Shown: positions 1 to 9,900 of the stretch, in pieces
Numbering within the stretch: position 1 is the first letter of the stretch
Layout of the letters: every line of letters begins with the position of its first letter
Origin: an uncultured bacterium
GTDB taxonomy: Bacteria; SAR324; NAC60-12
NCBI GenBank assembly: GCA_965662235.1
Contig: CBFIGY010000040.1
Coordinates: forward strand, 1-23,405
Direction: 5' to 3'
Length of the DNA: 23,405 nt
Translations under genes and position numbers: made by a program
The notes under the pieces: model-generated
Told to the model about the DNA's origin: nothing
Seen by the model: only the letters and a program-made list of their open reading frames with translations
Database searches by the model: none

Positions 1-77
<77 letters not shown>

Positions 78-102
78 CTCTTTTCATTCTCAAATACTTT
101 TT

Positions 103-2781
103 GTGACACCTTCAAGCCAAACAGCATCCGCTCCGCAAAACGCTTTCCCTCAACCGGGCGCGCCTTTGTTGGAGTTGCTCGACTTTTCCTCAGACGCATT
201 GATGATCACCCGCGTCTCCGACGCCACTGTCCTCTACGCCAATCTTTCGCTGGCGCAGCAGATGCACACCACTGTCGACGCGCTCGTGGGGCAAAGCGTT
301 GTCTCCCTCTACCCCGACCCTCAGTCTCGTCAGGAGATGCTCGCCACCTTGATGGAGCACGGGGAGCTGAAGGATTACCGGTTGGAGATTGTCTCGCCCA
401 ACGGCCAACGCTTTTTCACCCGTTCGCACCTCAAGCTGATGGATCATGAGGGCGAAGCCATCATCCTCTCTTCGCATCAAGACGTCACCAAAGAGGAGCA
501 GCGTGAGGAAGAGCTGCGGCAGCTCAACCGGAATTACAAGGCGATCCTCAACTCCTCAGTGGAGCCCCTGCTGATCACCCGGATTGCCGATGGGAAGGTT
601 CTCTATGCCAACCAGCAGATGGCGAGCCTGATGAAGACCTCGATTTCGGAGCTGCTTGAACAGTTTGCCCCCAGCTTTTACCGAAACGCCGGCGATCGTC
701 AACTGCTGCTGCATTCTGTCAAGCACGGATGGAGCATCAGCCAAACCCGGGTGGAGCTGCTCAACCGAGATGCTGAGGTGGTGGTGGTTCGGGCGAGTGC
801 TCAAGCCATTGAGTTCAGTGGCGAACCGGCCCTGGTGGCGTCCTTCCGAGACATCACCAAGAAGGAGGCGCTGGAGAGGAAGCTGGAAGAGACCCTGGAG
901 CTGCAGGCTCTGGCCAACCGCAGCATTGGCATCAGCTACTGGACCTGGGACATTCAGAAAAACGAGCTTCAGTGGGACCCCTTTGGCTACGAACTCTTTG
1001 AGATTGACCTCGACACGCCCGACCTCTTTCCCGCTTTCATGGAGCGCATTGACGAGCGCGACCTGCCCCAAGTGCAGCAGACCATTCAGGAAAGCCTCCA
1101 GGTCGCGATGAACGCCGTGGTCCCGACCGACCACAAAGGGCGTTACGAGTTCCGCATGAACCTACCCAGCGGCGCCACCAAGGTGATCCGCTCTGACTTC
1201 CAGATCCGCCTCCTCAACGGACAGATGATGATGCTCGGAACGTCTCAGGACGTTTCCGAAGAGGTGCAGCTCCGGAACGCCTACCTGGAGCGTCTGGGGC
1301 ACATTGAGTTGCTCACCACCCATGCCGGAGTCGGTTTCTGGGTGCAAGGAGAAGAACAAACGGCTTGGTGGGATGAGGGCCTGAAGCAGATGTATCAGGT
1401 GGGTCCAGAGGAGCAAACCGACTTTCAGGCCATTGTCGCCCGCTTGCACCCCATGAGCCGCGAGGAGCAGCTGCAGCGACTCGAAGCCGATAACCAAAAG
1501 GCCCTTCAGGGACAATCCGTCAAGAGCCTCTTTCACCTCTGCCTACCGGATCGAAGCGAGATCTTTGTCGATCACTTTGTGCAGGCCAAGGAGATTGGGG
1601 GGGTGCGTCGGTTGATTGGGGTCGCCATTAATGTGACCGAACGCGAGCAGCAGCTAGCCCAGATCAGTGAAAACTACGAACTCATGCTGCTCTCCAATCA
1701 TGCGGCCAAGATCGGTTACTGGACTCGAGACCTTCAACTGGATCTGCTCCACCATGACGACTACTGCAAGGAGCTTCTGGAGCTTCCGGCTTGGTCACCG
1801 ACGTCCTTGCTCAAAGAACGGCTCAAGCCGGCTTCACTCCCTCTTCTGGAACAGGTGAGGGAAGAGACCAAGGCCCAGGGATATGGCGTGGTCGAGTTTG
1901 AACTGGAGCTGCCCAGTGGCAAGCGACGGTTCGTTCGCTCGCATCAGCGGTTCATCAACTTCAGAGGAAAAAAGCAGGTTGTGGGGCTCAGTCAGGACAT
2001 CACCGCAGAGGTGGAGCAGCGCGAAGCACTTCAGCGACAGGAGCGATTTGCGGCGCTGGGGCAACTGGCAGCCGAGATCAACCACGACCTCAAGCAACCC
2101 CTCTCCATCATTGACCTCCGGTTGTTTCAGTTGCATGAGCTGCTGGACGCCACGCAACGGGAGAAGGGGCAACGTGCGCTCAAAGCGGCCCAGGCGGCCT
2201 TGAACCACGCCAAGTCCATCATCGCCCGGACCCTCAGCAGCACCCGGAGTGAGGATGAACGCGACCCACAGCCCCTTTCTTCGATCATCACGCAGGTGGC
2301 CGACCTGTTCAGCACCACCTTCCGGCATCAGGAAATTCAGTGGTCCTTCCGGAACCCATGGGAGGAGTGTCCCGATGAAGAGCCCCTCCTCTACCTCAAC
2401 CGCGCTCACCTCATTCAGGTCCTGCAGAACCTGCTTGCCAACGCGGTGGATGCGATTGAAGAACGACGCCGCAACGGCACCCTTGACGACAAAGGAGTCA
2501 TCTGCGCAGCGCTTTCTGAGACTGAGGATTCTGTGCAGCTGGAGCTTCAGGATTCGGGAATGGGGATTTCTGCGGAAAATCAGAACAAGGTCTTTGACCA
2601 GTTCTTCACCACCAAGGGAGAGCAGGGCACCGGACTGGGGCTTTCCATGTGCCTGCGGGTGCTGATGGAGCACCAGGGGAGCCTGACGGTTCAGGACCGT
2701 GAAGACGGGAAACCCGGGGCCTCGTTTCGGCTGACGCTTCCGAAGCCGATTCTGACGCCGGTGCCGGCTTCAGACACCTGA
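103..2781 (+). CDS. Cytoplasmic multi-PAS (about 5 PAS/PAC) sensor histidine kinase with HisKA and HATPase_c domains
   Basis: Two similar N-terminal PAS domains (ALMITRVSDATVLYAN / PLLITRIADGKVLYAN, ending DVT/DIT). Three further PAS_3-like domains (ISYWTWD, VGFWVQG, IGYWTRD, ending DVS/NVT/DIT). H-box LGQLAAEINHDLKQPL (His661, nt 2083-2085), N-box QVLQNLLANAVDA, G1 DSGMGI, F-box FDQFFTTK, G2 GTGLGL. No transmembrane segment and no receiver domain. The GTG start is uncertain: no Shine-Dalgarno sequence, and the frame is open to position 1. Confidence 0.93.
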   Translation: MTPSSQTASAPQNAFPQPGAPLLELLDFSSDALMITRVSDATVLYANLSLAQQMHTTVDALVGQSVVSLYPDPQSRQEMLATLMEHGELKDYRLEIVSPNGQRFFTRSHLKLMDHEGEAIILSSHQDVTKEEQREEELRQLNRNYKAILNSSVEPLLITRIADGKVLYANQQMASLMKTSISELLEQFAPSFYRNAGDRQLLLHSVKHGWSISQTRVELLNRDAEVVVVRASAQAIEFSGEPALVASFRDITKKEALERKLEETLELQALANRSIGISYWTWDIQKNELQWDPFGYELFEIDLDTPDLFPAFMERIDERDLPQVQQTIQESLQVAMNAVVPTDHKGRYEFRMNLPSGATKVIRSDFQIRLLNGQMMMLGTSQDVSEEVQLRNAYLERLGHIELLTTHAGVGFWVQGEEQTAWWDEGLKQMYQVGPEEQTDFQAIVARLHPMSREEQLQRLEADNQKALQGQSVKSLFHLCLPDRSEIFVDHFVQAKEIGGVRRLIGVAINVTEREQQLAQISENYELMLLSNHAAKIGYWTRDLQLDLLHHDDYCKELLELPAWSPTSLLKERLKPASLPLLEQVREETKAQGYGVVEFELELPSGKRRFVRSHQRFINFRGKKQVVGLSQDITAEVEQREALQRQERFAALGQLAAEINHDLKQPLSIIDLRLFQLHELLDATQREKGQRALKAAQAALNHAKSIIARTLSSTRSEDERDPQPLSSIITQVADLFSTTFRHQEIQWSFRNPWEECPDEEPLLYLNRAHLIQVLQNLLANAVDAIEERRRNGTLDDKGVICAALSETEDSVQLELQDSGMGISAENQNKVFDQFFTTKGEQGTGLGLSMCLRVLMEHQGSLTVQDREDGKPGASFRLTLPKPILTPVPASDT

Positions 2782-3912
2782 TCGGAAACGAGACGGGTCA
2801 AACAGCTGAATCGGATGGCGGGTCTGTCCGGATTCCGCCAAGTCAGCCAAAACCTCCCCCATCACGCTGGTAAACTTGAAGCCGTGCCCGGAGAATCCGG
2901 CCGCCAGGGAAACTTGAGGAAATTCGGGATGCACACCAAGGACAAAGTGCTCATCTGGCGTGTTGGTGTAAAGGCAGGTTTTGGCGTCCAGCAGCTCCCC
3001 ATTGAGGTCCGGCAGCCGCGAGGCAAAGGCCTTTCGCATGCGCTGCACCTCCATCTCTGAAACCACCCGATCCACCGTATCAGGATCACAGGTGGGCCCC
3101 ACCCGGAAGTACGCAATCTTCGCGGCCTCTTCGCGGGCATCTAGGGCAGGGAAGCCATAGAACTGATCGCCTCCGCGGGGCTCCCAGATGTAGATCGGCA
3201 TCCGGTCCGGTTGCCAGGCGTCCAGCCCCTTCTGGGGGCGGAACCAGAACAGCGTCAACCGCTGCACCTCCAGCGGCAGGTCCAGTTCCTTCAGCCACTG
3301 CGCGTTCCAGGCACCGGTTGCGATCACCAACCGCTCCGCATGGTACGTGCCCTGAGTGGTCTCCACAGTCACCCCTCCGGCTTCGGCCTTCCAACTCACC
3401 AACGGCTCTTCAAAGCGCAGCTCGGCTCCGTGCCGACGGGCTTCCTGCTGAAACGCCAAACAGGCGCGCTCCGGACGGACAAAGCCTGCAGGCTCCTCAT
3501 AAAACGCCACCTCCTCCTCATCTAACCGGAAGTTCGGGAAGCGCCGGTGCACCTCGTCCGGAAGCAGCAGCTCGTGCGAAAGGTTCCACTCCTCTGCCGA
3601 CTGCTTGGCTCCTGCAACCGGTTCTGAGTCGTGTGGCCCAATCATCAGGCCTCCCGTCTGCGTGAAGACTTCGCTTCCGGACTCTGATTCCAGCTCACGC
3701 CACAGCTCGTAAGCCCGCTGCAGCAGCGGCACATAGGCCGGATCCTCAAAGTAGGCCAGCCGGATGATGCGGCTGTCGCCGTGACTGGAGCCCTGGTCAT
3801 GAGCCGGGGTGAAGCGTTCAAGGCCGAGGACGGACTTCCCTCGCTTGGCCAGCTGCCACGCGGCAGCACTGCCCATCGCCCCTAGGCCCACGACGATGAC
3901 ATCAGACCGCAT
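2770..3912 (-). CDS. solA: Monomeric sarcosine oxidase / N-methyl-L-tryptophan oxidase family FAD-dependent amine oxidase (380 aa)
   Basis: Rossmann motif DVIVVGLGAMG, family motif GSSHGDSRIIRLAY, KTCLYTNTPDEHF containing the covalent-FAD Cys (Cys313, equivalent to Cys315 of Bacillus MSOX), and GFSGHGFKF. ATG at 3912 (MRSDVIVVG) fits family N-termini; an alternative GTG at 3933 overlaps the upstream stop. The exact substrate cannot be determined from sequence. Confidence 0.9.
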   Translation of the reverse strand: MRSDVIVVGLGAMGSAAAWQLAKRGKSVLGLERFTPAHDQGSSHGDSRIIRLAYFEDPAYVPLLQRAYELWRELESESGSEVFTQTGGLMIGPHDSEPVAGAKQSAEEWNLSHELLLPDEVHRRFPNFRLDEEEVAFYEEPAGFVRPERACLAFQQEARRHGAELRFEEPLVSWKAEAGGVTVETTQGTYHAERLVIATGAWNAQWLKELDLPLEVQRLTLFWFRPQKGLDAWQPDRMPIYIWEPRGGDQFYGFPALDAREEAAKIAYFRVGPTCDPDTVDRVVSEMEVQRMRKAFASRLPDLNGELLDAKTCLYTNTPDEHFVLGVHPEFPQVSLAAGFSGHGFKFTSVMGEVLADLAESGQTRHPIQLFDPSRFRSGV

Positions 3913-3915
3913 GGG

Positions 3916-3920
3916 CCTCC
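3916..3920 (-). promoter_or_regulatory. Putative Shine-Dalgarno GGAGG for the solA-like gene
   Basis: Minus strand reads TGA-TTTCCCTCC-GGAGG-CCC-ATG. The 3-nt spacer is unusually short, and the motif lies within the palindrome CCTCCGGAGG (3916-3925). Confidence 0.45.
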
Positions 3921-3929
3921 GGAGGGAAA

Positions 3930-6900
3930 TCACTCGTCATCTTCATTGACAAAGCCAAGGTCTTGAGGATTGAAGGCGTTGTAGTTCGGGTCACTGCTTG
4001 ACAGCGGCTGCAGGATGACCTGGAAGTACTGATCGCTGTCGTTGTCCGAATCATCCACTCCGGTCACCGTCACCGTTTGCGCTGTGCTCCAGGTGCCGCT
4101 TGTGAAAGACAGCGTGGAGACGCTCACGGTTCCTTCCGTCACATCCGTGCTGTAAAGCGTCAGGTCCACCTGACTGGACGGCGCCGAGGCAAGCGTCACC
4201 GTGAAGGTGGAGGTACCACCTGCTTCGGTCACCTTCGCGCTGCTGGTCGGAGACGTCAGGAGCACACCGTATGAAGCAGCGGTATCGTCATCCGCATTGA
4301 CGAAGCCCAGGTCCTGCGCATTGAGGCCGTGGTAGCGGGCATCGGCACTGGAAGCCGGCATCAGGAAGACCGAGTAGGCCACAGAACCATCCACGAGGCT
4401 GTCATCCTGCGCCAACACGCTCACGGTCTGAGGCGTGTTCCAGTTGCCACTGGTAAAGGTCAGGGTCAGGTTGTCCACGCTTCCGGTCAGCAGCGCCTCA
4501 GAGCTGTCACTGACGTACACCGGCAGGGTGACGTCGGCGGTAGGCTTCGCAGCCAAGGCCACGGTGAAGGTTCGGTTGGTGCCCGACTCCAGCGTGGTCG
4601 CATTATCCGGAGGCGTAACGAGGATGCCCGGGGTTCCGGACTCATCGTCGGTGACCAAGAAGGAGACGTCTTCCGGATTGAGGCCCTGGTACTCTGCGTC
4701 GCTGCTCGACGACGACCCCAGAATCACCCGCACCGACTGGTCACCGTCGGAGAGGTTATCGTCCTGCGCATTCACCGTCACCGTCTGAGCCGTCGTACTG
4801 GAGAAGGTCAGGGTCAGGTTGTCGCTGCTGCCCAGCAAGGCTTCGCTGTTGTCACTGATGTACACCGGCACCGTGACGCTGGAGGTCGGTGAGGTGTTCA
4901 GCGCCACCGTAAAGGTGAGGGTGCCGCCGTTCTCCGAAATCGCCACTCCGCTCGGAGCGCTCACCTGGAAGCCCGCCCGGTCGTTGTCAACGTTGACCAA
5001 CGAGACGTCTTCCGGATCCAGGTAGAGGTACTCAGAGGCCGTTGTGGACCCGTTGTTGACAGAAAGGTTGACGCGGTAGCGGACGTCTCCGTCTCGGACC
5101 CCATCATCCTGTCCGGTCACCGTCACCGTCTGAGGCGTGTTCCAGTCAGCACTCGTGAAGGTCAACGCTCCTGTGGAGACGGTGCCTTCTGACGTGTTGC
5201 TGCTGCTGACAGCCAGCACCACGTTCAGGCCCGTGATGGGGGCGCTGGTCAAGCGAACGGTAAAGGTGGCATTGTCGCCCTCTTCTGACGTGTTCGCATC
5301 CGGAGCACTGACGAGGAAGCCGGGGGTTTCATCGTCAATGGTCCGCAGCAGGACGGTTTCGTTGTCCAGAGCGGCATAGTCCGCATCAGACGTGCTGTTG
5401 ATGGAGACGGTTGACGCGTACGCCTGGTCGCCGTCCACGGCGTTGTCGTCGCGTCCGTACACCGTGACCGTTCGGACGGAGTTCCAGTCCGCCGTGGTGA
5501 AGGTCAGGGTTTCGGAGGTGTCTGCCGTTCCGGCGCTGCTGAAGGTGGCTTCAGAGCTGTCCGAGAGGGTCAGCCCAACGGTCACAGAGGCCGTCGGTTC
5601 CGTATTGAGGACCACCGTGAAGAAGGCGGTGCCGTTGTCTTCGGTCGTCGGACCGCTGGCCGCTGAGACCTGCAGGCCCGGCGTCTCGTCGTCCTCGTTG
5701 GTGCCCAAGACGTCTGCCGGGTTGAGGCTCGTGTAGCCGCTGGTGTCTGTGGAGGTGCCGTTGTCAACGCTCAGGGAGATCTTGAACGGCTGGTTGCCAT
5801 CGCTGAGGACGTCATCCACCCCCGTGACCGTGAAGCTGAACTCGCTGCTCCAGTCAGCTGAGCTGAAGGAGTGGCTGGACGGGCTGACCGACGCCTCGGA
5901 CGTGTTGTCTGAGACCGCCTGGACCACCACGGTGCCCGAAGGCTCACTGGTCAAGCGGACGGTGAAGACGGCACTGGTCTGCCGCTCAGAGACGGCTCCG
6001 GAGAGCGCGCTCACCAAGAAGCCGGCGGACTCGTCATCCACGTTGTTGAGCAGCACCGAGACGTTGTCGAGCAGGTCGTACCCGGAGGTATCAAGCGTGC
6101 TGCCGGTGTTGACGGCGACGTCCACGGCGTAAGCCTGGTTGCCGTCAAAGACCGAGTCGTTGACACCGGTCACGGTGACGGTCTGACGTGTGCTCCAGTT
6201 GCTCGTGGTAAAGGTCAGCGCGCCAGAGACGGTGCCTTCGGTGGAGTCACTGCTGGTGACATCCAGGACCACATCGGCAGTGGGCTGGCTCTGGAGCACG
6301 ACGGTGAACCAAGCGGTGCCACCGGACTCGGTGGTGGCTCCCGAGCTGGCCGACACGCTCAGGCCCGGAATTTCGTCATCCTCGTTCACCACCAGCACCG
6401 TCGTGTTGTCCAGCAGGTCGTACTCGGCGCCACTGGAGGTCCGTGCCAGGGTCACGGTGTAAGCCGTTGCATTGTCCCGCAGGGTGTCGTCCACACCGGT
6501 CACCGTCACGGTCTGCTCGCTGTTCCAGTTGCCACTGGTGAAGGTCAGGGTGCTTGGCGATACCGTGCCCTCAGTGGAGTCGCTGCTGGAAACGCTCAGC
6601 ACCACATCCGCCGTTGGCAAGGAGGTCAGGCGAGCCGTGAAGAAGGCCGTGCCGCCGGACTCGGTTGTCGGTCCGGAGAGCGAGGAGACCCGAAGGCCCG
6701 GAACCTCGTTGTCGACGTTCTTGAGGAAGACGTACGAGCGGACGGTGTCGTTGTAGGTGCTGTCGCTGGAGCTGTTGTCGGCAGCCACCAGGATGCGGTA
6801 AGACACGTTGCCGTCGGTGTCATTGTCATCCTGTCCGTCAACCACCACCGTCTGCCAGCCATTCCAGTTGGTGTCGGTGAAGGTGAGGGCCTTCGTGGTG

Positions 6901-9900
6901 ACGCTGTTGTCCAGCAGGCCCTCGGACGGGTCTTCGCTGGTGACATTCACCGTAACGTTGGCCGCCGGTTGGCTGCCAAGACGGACCGCAAAGGTCGCCT
7001 GTTCACCCAGCTCAGAGGTGGTTCCTGACATGGGACTCACCACCAGCGAAGCCAGACGGTCTTCCACGTTCTGCAGAGCCACATCGAGCGGGTTCAGCCC
7101 GTTGTAGCCGGCGTCGGTGGAGGTCACAGCGTTCAGGTACACCACAAAAGGTTGGGTGCCGTCACTGACGTTGTCCTGCTGGCCTTGGATGTAGATGGTG
7201 TGGTTGTCGTTCCAGTCTGCTGGAGCAATCACCAGGCTTTGTGTGCTGGCCCAGGTGCTCTGATCCAACGAGAGCTTGGCCTCGGTGGCGTCACTGACGG
7301 CCAGAGGCAGAGTGACCGAAGCCGTGGGCCGGCTTGCGAGCTGCACCGTGAAGGAGGCGACGGTTCCTGACTCTGCCACGTTTCCGGAGAGGGCGCCCAG
7401 CCGGACTCCGGCCGTGTCGTCATCCCGGTTGGAAAGGAAGACCGATCCCGGAACCTGGTTGGCGTAGTTCCCGCTGGTCGTCGTTGTCGTGAAGGACAGC
7501 TCCACCGCCTGGTCGCCATCGCTGAGGTTGTCGTTGACGCCGTAGGCCGTCACCACCTGGGCCGTGGTCCAGTTTCCGCTGCCAAAGCTCAGAGACGTGG
7601 TGCTGCTGCCTCCGGCAAAGGTGATCTCTCCGGTGTCTCCCGACGTCAGGGTCAGGTTCAGGGTGGAGGTAGGCGCATAGATCAGGTTGACCGCAAACTG
7701 CGCGGTGCCGCCACTTTCGCTGGTGCCTCCGCTGGGGGTCGACACGTAGAAGCCCCAGTTGTCGTTGTCTGCGTTCGTCATCACCACGTCCTGCGGATCA
7801 ACGCTGCTGTAGCTCGGATCCTCGCTGTAGGCGAGCTGCAGGTTGATGGTGTAGGCCTGTTCCCCATCCGTGAGATTGTCGTTCAGGCCGGTCACCGTGA
7901 AGGTCTTCAGGGTGTTCCAGTTGGACGACGTGAAGGTGAACAGCTCCGGTGTGACGGCACCTTCCGTCGGATCCGCGCTCTCTGCAAGGAGGAACACGCT
8001 TCCGGAAGGTTCGCTGTTCAGTCGGACGGTAAAGCTGCCCGTGTCTCCGCCTTCCGAGGTGGCATTGTCAAGGACGCTCACCCGGAAGCCTGCGCTGTCG
8101 TTGTCCGCGTTCGTCATGATGACATCGCGCGGATCAAGCCCGCTGTAACGAGAGTCACTGGTGATCGGCGGATCCACAAAGACGGTGAACTGCTGGGCGC
8201 CATCGGTTTGATTGTCGTCTGCGCCGGTGATGGTAACGGTCTGGTAAACGTTCCAGTTGCCGCTGTTGAACGTCAGCGGGCTGGAAGTGGTGACCGAAGC
8301 CTCTGTGGCATCCACAATCACCACCGGAACCTGCACCACCGCGCTGGGTTCGCTGTTCAGACGGATGGAGAAGAAGCCGGTGCCCCCGCTTTCCGAAGTG
8401 GTGGTGTCGTTGTCCACCAGCGTAAATCCGGCGGTGTCGTCATCCACGTTCCGGGCGGCCACATCCAGCGGATCCACTCCGGCGTAACGGGAGTCGCTGC
8501 TCGTCAGAGGCGCCAGCAAGATTGCAAAGGCCTGGTCGCCATCCATGAGCGCGTCATCGACGCCCTGCACGTAGACGGTGTGGTCACTCTGCCAGTCTGC
8601 CGTGGTGAACGTCACTGAAGCCGTGGACGCGTAGCTGCTTCCGTTATCGGAAACAAGCCCTTCCGTCGGCACATTGGACGTCACCCCAAGGGTAACGGAC
8701 GCGCTGGGCTCATAGGCGAGCTTGACGGTGAAGTGGGCGGTTCCGTTGTCTTCTGAAACAGGACCACTGATTGCGGACACCAAAACGCTGCTGGGACCGT
8801 AGCTTTCGTTGTCGGTGTTGACTCCGAAGACATCCGCCGGGTTGAGCCCGTTGTAGCGCAGGTCCGTGCTGCTGGCGTTGGCCAGGGTGACCGTAAAGGC
8901 CACATCGTCATCACGTAGCACGTCATCCTGTCCCACCACCGTCACCGTCTGAGCCGTGGAGAAGTTTCCAGGCCCAAACACGAGGCTTCCGGAAGCCGCA
9001 GCGGTGCTTCCGCCCACTGACAGCAACGCCTCGCTGGAGTCGCTCACAGCCAGCGCAATGGAGACCGACGCCGTCGGGGCCGCCGTCAGGCTCACGGTGA
9101 AGGTCGCGTTGTCTCCAGACTCAGAGGTTGCGCCACTGAGGGTGCTGACCAAGAAGCCCGGAATTCCGGACTCATTGTCGGTGGTCGTCAGCGAGACGTC
9201 CTGCGGGTTCAGGCCGGCGTAGTCAAGGTCGGTGCTGACCGTTTCCCCGAGCACAATGGTGAACGGCTGAGTGCCGTCCGTGTCATTGTCGTCCTGCCCA
9301 ATCACGGTGACCGTCTGAGCACTGGTGGTTCCGGTGCTGAAGGTCAGGGTCAGGTTGTCAACACCCCCCGTCAGCTTTGCCTCGCTGGGGTCACTGGTAT
9401 AAACCGGGAGCGTCACATCTGCACCAGGAGCGGTGTTGAGAGCCACCGTGAAGGTCACGCTGGAGCCTGATTCCGAGACCGAGAAGGCGCTTGGAGCAGA
9501 AACCCGGATGCCGGACGCTTCGTCGTCTAGGTTCACCACCGAGACATCCGCAGGGACCAGGTCCGCATACTCTGAGGCGCTTCCGGACTGGACGGCCAGG
9601 GAGACGCGGTAACGGACGTCTCCGTCCAGATCGCTGTCATCCTGCCCTAGCACGGTGACCGTCTGGGCGGTGCTCCAGTTTCCGGTGCTGAAGGTCAGCG
9701 TGCTGGACGCCAGCTGCCCTTCTGTCGTGTCACTGGAGGTGAGGTTCAGCGTTACTGCCGCAGACGGTTGCTTGGTCAGCCGGACCGTAAAGGTCGCATT
9801 GTCCGCCGCTTCAGACGTCGATCCGCTGATGGAGGAGACAAAGAAGCCCGGAGTGTCATCGTCCAGGTTGGCAAGAGCCACATCCTCCGGAACCAGTCCC

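Noticed and set aside
160..2010. LOV photoreceptor or heme-PAS assignment for the kinase
   Set aside because: There is no GxNCRFLQ motif and no confidently placed heme ligand, so the cofactor cannot be assigned by eye.
190..3869. Alternative ORFs overlapping the kinase and oxidase (e.g. 1834-2673 minus, 279 aa)
   Set aside because: They lie fully inside well-supported genes and show no family motifs.
3916..3925. Palindrome CCTCCGGAGG as a terminator or operator
   Set aside because: It is too short for a stable hairpin, has no U-tract, and is largely explained by the RBS.
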